Virus record (IMG/VR): IMGVR_UViG_3300032167_000004
Location: 199,787-263,786 of that record
Strand: one strand, 5' to 3'
Length of the DNA stretch: 64,000 bases
Source of the DNA: a virus
Lineage: Duplodnaviria > Caudoviricetes
In this document: positions 58,216 through 64,000 of the stretch, piece by piece
Position numbering within the stretch: position 1 is the first letter of the stretch
How the letters are laid out: each line of letters starts with the position of its first letter
Made by a program: the position numbers and the translations under genes
Notes under the pieces: model-generated
Databases searched by the model: none
Seen by the model: only the letters and a program-made list of their open reading frames with translations
Told to the model about the DNA's origin: nothing

Positions 58216-58806
58216 TTAATAATTCTTTCTCTCAATAGAATCAATCTGATGGCTACGCTTATCAGTATTATTACTAGTGTAACCAACGGACTTCATATTC
58301 TTAATAACAGAGATGATAGAATCTCTACCATCAGGATAAGCCATTGCATCAGTAATAGCAATATGATGATAGTTAGGGTTAGCTGCAAACATCATACCGA
58401 TAACACGGAAGATATCCAGTCGAACAAAATATTCACGATCAATCTTGCCAGACTGAATGTCACCCTTACCACACAGAGGAATCAGAACTTCTCTGAATTC
58501 TTCAGTAATTCTCAGATTACCCTTAGTATCAACTTTGTTACGCAGCATTGCAGGAACGTTCTGAATCTCAGAAGAAATGAATCTAGAGTTCTGATCCATG
58601 AACAGATACATTACAACTTCAGGACGATTTCTACCTTCAGAACGAACACGAATTCTTGCATCAGAAACACCTGTAATATTCTTTCTATTCAGATATTCCA
58701 TAACGAACTCTTCAATGGTAGAACCCTTAACGGAATAAATAACACCAGTGGGCTCAACCTCGACAATCTTGTCGAGAACACTATACTTCTTGTTTTCATT
58801 GCTCAT
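58216..58806 (-). CDS. highly expressed early hypothetical protein
   Basis: GGAGG RBS; early motif at 58888-58900; biased codons. Confidence 0.75.
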   Translation of the reverse strand: MSNENKKYSVLDKIVEVEPTGVIYSVKGSTIEEFVMEYLNRKNITGVSDARIRVRSEGRNRPEVVMYLFMDQNSRFISSEIQNVPAMLRNKVDTKGNLRITEEFREVLIPLCGKGDIQSGKIDREYFVRLDIFRVIGMMFAANPNYHHIAITDAMAYPDGRDSIISVIKNMKSVGYTSNNTDKRSHQIDSIERKNY

Positions 58807-58953
58807 GATTTAATAACCTCCAAAATTATTGTTAATTGATTTTTTCATGATAAGTTTTTTAATAACTATTATATCATGATTACTTAAATAATATATATTT
58901 AAATAATCTTTTGATTTTTCATTGCTAACTAATATTAACAATTACAAAGTTGT

Positions 58954-60765
58954 TTACATTAAAATACTTTTTAATAAATTCCTAATACCCAATATAGTCT
59001 CTTTAGGAATATTAACTACATATTTATCAAACTCAGAATCTTTATAATATCTTTCAAAATTAAAAGAAGGATCTTCTTTCTGAATATATGCTAAATATGT
59101 TTTAAAATCATTAATAGCAAATGCTCGTGCTTTAACGATATCTTTATCTCTAGTCTTATATTTAGGATTTCTCTCAATTATAGATATGAGTAAAAACATA
59201 AAAGCAACATTTTGTTTCATTGCTTCATAATTTTTATTTTTATAATTCTCTACTAAGATTCTATGAACTTCTGCATATTCGTCCATATAAGATTTCTTAG
59301 GATTAATAGAAATCTTAATATCACCATTTTCATTAATAGATAATCCTTCAGTGATTCGTTCTAAATGATAGTCTATATTATTACCTACATTAGGGAATGT
59401 TATATTAATAATTTTAATCTTAGGCTTAGAAGTATCACTAACTGCTCTAAGATAATCTATACATTTATCATCAAGTAATATTAATACATAATGTAATTTT
59501 TCAACATTTGTAGATTTACAAATAAAATATAGTTCATTATCTTTAATACCATACCAATAAATTACACCTCTATCAAATTTACTAGAAATGATACTATCAA
59601 TGTATTTAGTATGTAATAATCTTACTTCATCCTCTTGTGAAATAACATGAGTTTTATATACGCCGACAATATTAACAAGTCTATTATCTTTAGTCAAAAT
59701 ATTCGATATAGTATCAATTCTATCAATAATATCTTTATTATCGATATGATATAATGAATGTAATTTTTGTATAGGAGACATAGGTTTTAGTGTATTATTA
59801 GCAGTAAGAATAAATAAATCATTTTCAAGTTCTTTTTTCTGTTGGATTAATAAATCTCTTATCATTTCAAACTGCATAATTTTATCATCAAATGGAAGAT
59901 TATCTATATACCAATCCCTAAATTCAATTCTAATAGTTTTCAAATCCCGAACTATCTCAGGAGCAAACATATTTAAATCTAAATTTAAATATTCAATACC
60001 TTCTCCTATGCGGGTAATCAGAGTATGATATATCTCACTATTAATTCTATATACATAATACCAGTTATGATCATATTTAGTTTTTAGCACTTTACCTAAA
60101 AAATCTAAATAAAGTTTTTGTTCTTTACCGATTTCTATAGTTGCAGTATTAAAATTAATTTTTGTCATAATAGTTCGTCTAAAATCATTTAATAAAGGAT
60201 AGTACCAATTAGTTATATAAAATTTAGAATTCTCATATTTATGATAATTAAAAAACTCTCTATATGCGATTTCAAATATATCATTAATATCATGAATAAA
60301 TGATAGTAAATCTCTACTGGTATCTGTAGTAGTATTAATGATTTTATAAATATTTTTCTCAGCATTAATAATGAAATTTTCATCTGTATAAAAATCGAAA
60401 CTATCCATAAGTGTACAAATATATCGATCAAACTTAGGATTCATATTGGTTCCTTTTATATATGAAAATGACGTAGCCTCATTTACTGGATTAAATGATT
60501 CTAATAAATATTTTTTATCAATATATTTATAAAAAGGATTCTTTTCTCCCACTTTTACTTTCATATCAAATTTCTTTAATTTTAAATTAATATTTTTAGC
60601 TAACTCTCTTCGTTGTTCCGGTTTACAATATTTAAAAAACCTAATAGCAGATTGAACATGAGATTCATCATTTATAGGATACTTTCTTTCTTTAGGAAGA
60701 CCAAAATCTGAATCAGACAGTTCTTTTCTATGTTCCGTGGATAACTTTGCTTCTAATATATTCAT
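58954..60765 (-). CDS. late protein with N-terminal DUF6582-like domain
   Basis: LSTEHRKELSDSDFGLPKERKYPINDESHVQSAIRFF; late motif at 60800-60811. Confidence 0.65.
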   Translation of the reverse strand: MNILEAKLSTEHRKELSDSDFGLPKERKYPINDESHVQSAIRFFKYCKPEQRRELAKNINLKLKKFDMKVKVGEKNPFYKYIDKKYLLESFNPVNEATSFSYIKGTNMNPKFDRYICTLMDSFDFYTDENFIINAEKNIYKIINTTTDTSRDLLSFIHDINDIFEIAYREFFNYHKYENSKFYITNWYYPLLNDFRRTIMTKINFNTATIEIGKEQKLYLDFLGKVLKTKYDHNWYYVYRINSEIYHTLITRIGEGIEYLNLDLNMFAPEIVRDLKTIRIEFRDWYIDNLPFDDKIMQFEMIRDLLIQQKKELENDLFILTANNTLKPMSPIQKLHSLYHIDNKDIIDRIDTISNILTKDNRLVNIVGVYKTHVISQEDEVRLLHTKYIDSIISSKFDRGVIYWYGIKDNELYFICKSTNVEKLHYVLILLDDKCIDYLRAVSDTSKPKIKIINITFPNVGNNIDYHLERITEGLSINENGDIKISINPKKSYMDEYAEVHRILVENYKNKNYEAMKQNVAFMFLLISIIERNPKYKTRDKDIVKARAFAINDFKTYLAYIQKEDPSFNFERYYKDSEFDKYVVNIPKETILGIRNLLKSILM

Positions 60766-60874
60766 AAAGGAATCTCCTTTCGTATATATTTTTTAGTATT
60801 AATAATTTGTTAATTTAATATAAAAATTCAATGTATAAATAAAATATATATTATTACTATATAACTCAATATAA

Positions 60875-61528
60875 ATGGAGGAAACTATGAAAACATTTAA
60901 ACTTATACCTTATATGTATGATGATAAGACTAAAATCTTTAAAAAGAAAACAGTAACCATTGAATCTGGTGTTACAGTCTTAGTTGGATGTAATGGATTC
61001 GGAAAAACTTCATTTTTGAAATGTATTAAGAAATGTCTAAATGATGAAGATCTTAAATATATCTGGTATGATAATCTACATGATGGAGGTCATAATTCTA
61101 TTTCTAAAGCCCTATTTAATCAAGATTTTACTTTTGGAGCAACAGCATTCTGTTCTTCTGAAGGAGAGCAAATTGCTATGAATCTCCAGAAACTTTCACA
61201 AAATATTGGTTGGTATATTAATAATACACCTGACCAGAATGAATTATTTATTTTATTAGATGCTATTGATTCTGGATTTTCTGTAGATAACGTACAGGAT
61301 GTTAAGAAATATCTTTTTGCTCCACTTGCACAATTGTGTGCTAAAAATGGAAAAACTGTTTATATCATTGTATCTGCAAATGAATATGAAATGGTTCGTG
61401 GTGAAAGATGTTTTGATATTTATACTGGTAAATATAGAGAATTTAAAACTTATAATGCCTATAAGAATTATATTCTAAGAACTAGGGATATTAAAGATAA
61501 AAGATATGGGATTACTGAAGAATCGTAA
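60875..61528 (+). CDS. small ABC-type ATPase
   Basis: VGCNGFGKT, SSEGEQI, ILLDAIDSG; early motif at 60842-60854. Confidence 0.8.
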   Translation: MEETMKTFKLIPYMYDDKTKIFKKKTVTIESGVTVLVGCNGFGKTSFLKCIKKCLNDEDLKYIWYDNLHDGGHNSISKALFNQDFTFGATAFCSSEGEQIAMNLQKLSQNIGWYINNTPDQNELFILLDAIDSGFSVDNVQDVKKYLFAPLAQLCAKNGKTVYIIVSANEYEMVRGERCFDIYTGKYREFKTYNAYKNYILRTRDIKDKRYGITEES

Positions 61529-61588
61529 AATCAATTAATATGAATATATATTATTACAATAGAATCAAACAAGAAAGGAATCAACATT

Positions 61589-62290
61589 ATGAAATCTACA
61601 CAAAACAAAAATAATACTAAGAAAGGACATAAATATTCTATAATGGTACGCTTAAAGCGTAAATTGAAGAAGATGATTAAAAAGGTAACGTCTTCTAAAA
61701 ATGAATACACTGGCAAATTTGATAGCGGAAAGAAATCCTTATTTGGTGGAAAAGTTAACAGATGTTGGGATGTGCGTCTTTGGGCACCTTTTATCATTAT
61801 TCTTATGGTTATCATTAGCAATAATGATAAGGAAGTAGATCCTATTCCTATCGAGGATCCTGCTATTCAGGTTGCATCTGAAACTATTATGGAAACTGAA
61901 CCCGAACCCACCATTGATCTGCGTACCAGTGAAATTACCGCTCTTGCAAGACTAGCAGATACGGTTGCTCATGGTAAGAGTGATGAAGTAAAATCTATCA
62001 TCATGTGGATTGCCATTAACAGAGTTGAAGATAAAGCTAATGGTTATGGTATGGATCTTCAGGGTGAGATTGCAAGACCGAAACAGTGGCAGTGTTATGA
62101 CCCTGATGGTGCATATCTTCAGGCTACATATGATTTGGCTGAATCTGTACATGATACTTGGATGACTGGCGGTCCTCGTCCTATTTATAATGATATGCTT
62201 TGGTTCGTATTTAATTCTGATGGTTCTATTACTGTCAGAAATCGTTTCGGTAATGAAAAGAATCGTTCTGAAGCAACTTTTGGTCAATAA
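61589..62290 (+). CDS. membrane-anchored SleB-like protein, catalytic Glu apparently absent
   Basis: TM helix; ALARLADTVAHG, IAINRV, IARPKQW; early motif at 61542-61554. Confidence 0.65.
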   Translation: MKSTQNKNNTKKGHKYSIMVRLKRKLKKMIKKVTSSKNEYTGKFDSGKKSLFGGKVNRCWDVRLWAPFIIILMVIISNNDKEVDPIPIEDPAIQVASETIMETEPEPTIDLRTSEITALARLADTVAHGKSDEVKSIIMWIAINRVEDKANGYGMDLQGEIARPKQWQCYDPDGAYLQATYDLAESVHDTWMTGGPRPIYNDMLWFVFNSDGSITVRNRFGNEKNRSEATFGQ

Positions 62291-62295
62291 GATAT

Positions 62296-62324
62296 ACCGG
62301 TATGAGATAATTTCTCATACCGGT
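62296..62324. terminator. bidirectional terminator
   Basis: ACCGGTATGAGA/TCTCATACCGGT. Confidence 0.75.
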
Positions 62325-62334
62325 TTTATTTTTT

Positions 62335-63399
62335 TTATTCAAAGAAATAATCTTCTTTTTTTATATTAATATATGATTCATTTGCAACTGTTAACGTAGG
62401 GTATCTATAAGAAGTATCTTTACCTTTTTTATTTACATGAATTATAGAATTAATTTTATCAATAATTTTAATTGTATTATTTCCTATGATCCTATAAATA
62501 TTTTTAACTTCATTATGGATTTCCTGTGTAACATTTTGTGTATTACGTTTAAAAGGCACTAAGAATTTTCTTACAATTATTTCATATAAATCAAATCTTA
62601 CATTCGGATCTGTATCGGGAAATAACTGAATAAACTCGTCATATAAATATTTCCAATCAATCAATGTAGTATAATTAACCAATTCAGATTCTTTAAATTC
62701 TTTCTTTTTCTTTTTAATAATATCTTTAAGAGAAGCTTCTTTTAATATATCAATATAATTAAAATAAAAAGATTCTGATACAATAGTAGTTTGTTGATTT
62801 TTAATAAATTCTTTACGAGCTTCTTCAGTCTTTCTAATTAAAACTGATTCTTTAAATTTAGGAATAGTAAAATCACCTAAATTAATCACATTAGGATTAT
62901 TAATAGATTTAAGATCACCAGGAGCTAACATAATATCATTAAATCCTTTAATATTACCAGCTTTACACATATAAGATACAAATTCTGAACAGAACCATCT
63001 TTTTTTCTTATCTTCAGTATGTCTTTTAGTTTCTTTAAAATTAAGATAATACTGAACTAAACCTATATCATTATATTTAAACTTAGTATGGTTTTCACAG
63101 AAATAATCTATCTTAGATTGAATAGTATCTCTTTCTTCTTTAGTAACGAAAGTAACTAAAATAGTAAAATATCTATTCTTTTTATACATAGGTGACCATA
63201 TGGATTCTCTAACAAAACCTGCACCAAACATATGGTCTTGGGAATAAGGAATATCAGAGAATGAGTACATATTATTCATAGTAGAATCTAATGCAATAGT
63301 AGCATGGGAATATTCAGAACCGGTAGCGGTTCTAATAAGCTTTCCAAAATCAGTATCATTTGAAAATAAAATAATATATACGGGATATAAATCATTCAT
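62335..63399 (-). CDS. permuted papain-like NlpC/P60 (YiiX-type) protein
   Basis: TGSEYSHATI precedes WFCSEFV (His before Cys); late motif at 63429-63440. Confidence 0.78.
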   Translation of the reverse strand: MNDLYPVYIILFSNDTDFGKLIRTATGSEYSHATIALDSTMNNMYSFSDIPYSQDHMFGAGFVRESIWSPMYKKNRYFTILVTFVTKEERDTIQSKIDYFCENHTKFKYNDIGLVQYYLNFKETKRHTEDKKKRWFCSEFVSYMCKAGNIKGFNDIMLAPGDLKSINNPNVINLGDFTIPKFKESVLIRKTEEARKEFIKNQQTTIVSESFYFNYIDILKEASLKDIIKKKKKEFKESELVNYTTLIDWKYLYDEFIQLFPDTDPNVRFDLYEIIVRKFLVPFKRNTQNVTQEIHNEVKNIYRIIGNNTIKIIDKINSIIHVNKKGKDTSYRYPTLTVANESYINIKKEDYFFE

Positions 63400-63541
63400 A
63401 TAATAAAAACACCCTCTCTATAAACTATTATTAAAATGTTAACTGTTTATTAATAATCGTATTAATACAAAAAATAAATATATATTATTACAATAGAATA
63501 TAAGAAGGAAAACTTTATAACCAAGAAAGGAATTAATTTTT

Positions 63542-64000
63542 ATGAAGTTTTATAAATTTAGATATGACAAAGATAATTATCTTTTGATAAAACTTAGATA
63601 TAGCGCTCAGTCACTTTACGAGAATCGTGGTAGCCTAAGTTTTGAAATGATGCCTGTAACAGAATTCGATAATATGTATAGGTCAGTTAAATCTTTGTAT
63701 AAAAATATTTCATTAAGACTAGTAAATAAACATATGGGATTTTATATTGATTTGTATTATGACAATTATGAACATAAAAAGTATTTCGAAGCAAAACGTA
63801 TTTATGAATATCTCAATACTGAATATGATGAGGAAAAAATTAATTCTTTTGTTTTACAAGAAAAAGAATTAAAGAAAAAAGAACGTGAGAAAAAAATATG
63901 TGTTATGGAAGAGGAGAAATATAAAAAGAAACAAGAACGAGAAGAAAAAAGATTAAGAAAAATTGAGGAGGAACAGAAAAGAAAACAGAGACAGGCAGAA
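63542..64000 (+). CDS. hypothetical early protein (3' truncated by window edge)
   Basis: Open frame to the end of the window; AAAGGA RBS; early motif at 63476-63488. Confidence 0.65.
   Translation, partial: MKFYKFRYDKDNYLLIKLRYSAQSLYENRGSLSFEMMPVTEFDNMYRSVKSLYKNISLRLVNKHMGFYIDLYYDNYEHKKYFEAKRIYEYLNTEYDEEKINSFVLQEKELKKKEREKKICVMEEEKYKKKQEREEKRLRKIEEEQKRKQRQAE

Noticed and set aside
1-64000. Stop-codon reassignment
   Set aside because: Long genes are intact in the standard code, TAG and TGA both end genes (9131, 7562), and neither tRNA is a suppressor

Overview
AT-rich 64-kb segment of a jumbo myophage of the phiKZ/AR9(PBS1)-like lineage, probably infecting a Firmicute (SleB-type hydrolases, AGGAGG RBSs, Firmicute-type dUTPase). 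Core genes: SbcC-like ATPase, split multisubunit RNA polymerase pieces, an AR9 gp226-like promoter-specificity subunit, a chaperonin, primase, a two-gene family-B DNA polymerase, RNase H, dUTPase, portal, tail sheath and tube, major capsid protein, prohead protease, two tRNAs, and a terminase interrupted by two group I introns. Two promoter motifs recur: an early-type AA(A/G)TATATATTAT and a late-type AACA-N6-TA. Most notable observations: (1) two tandem SF2 helicases with arrays of 5 and 10 Myb/SANT-like repeats whose scaffold is homogenised at the DNA level while the predicted recognition residues are hypervariable, suggesting a modular, TALE-like DNA-reading translocase; (2) terminase intron 2 carries, where a homing endonuclease normally sits, an ORF-less structured element on the opposite strand with its own promoter motif and terminator, a candidate ncRNA gene; (3) AR9-type late promoters and specificity factor occur together with an intact dUTPase; (4) two unrelated small late proteins share an N-terminal leader resembling a capsid-targeting propeptide. 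All family assignments come from motif recognition by eye and from memory; no database search was run.
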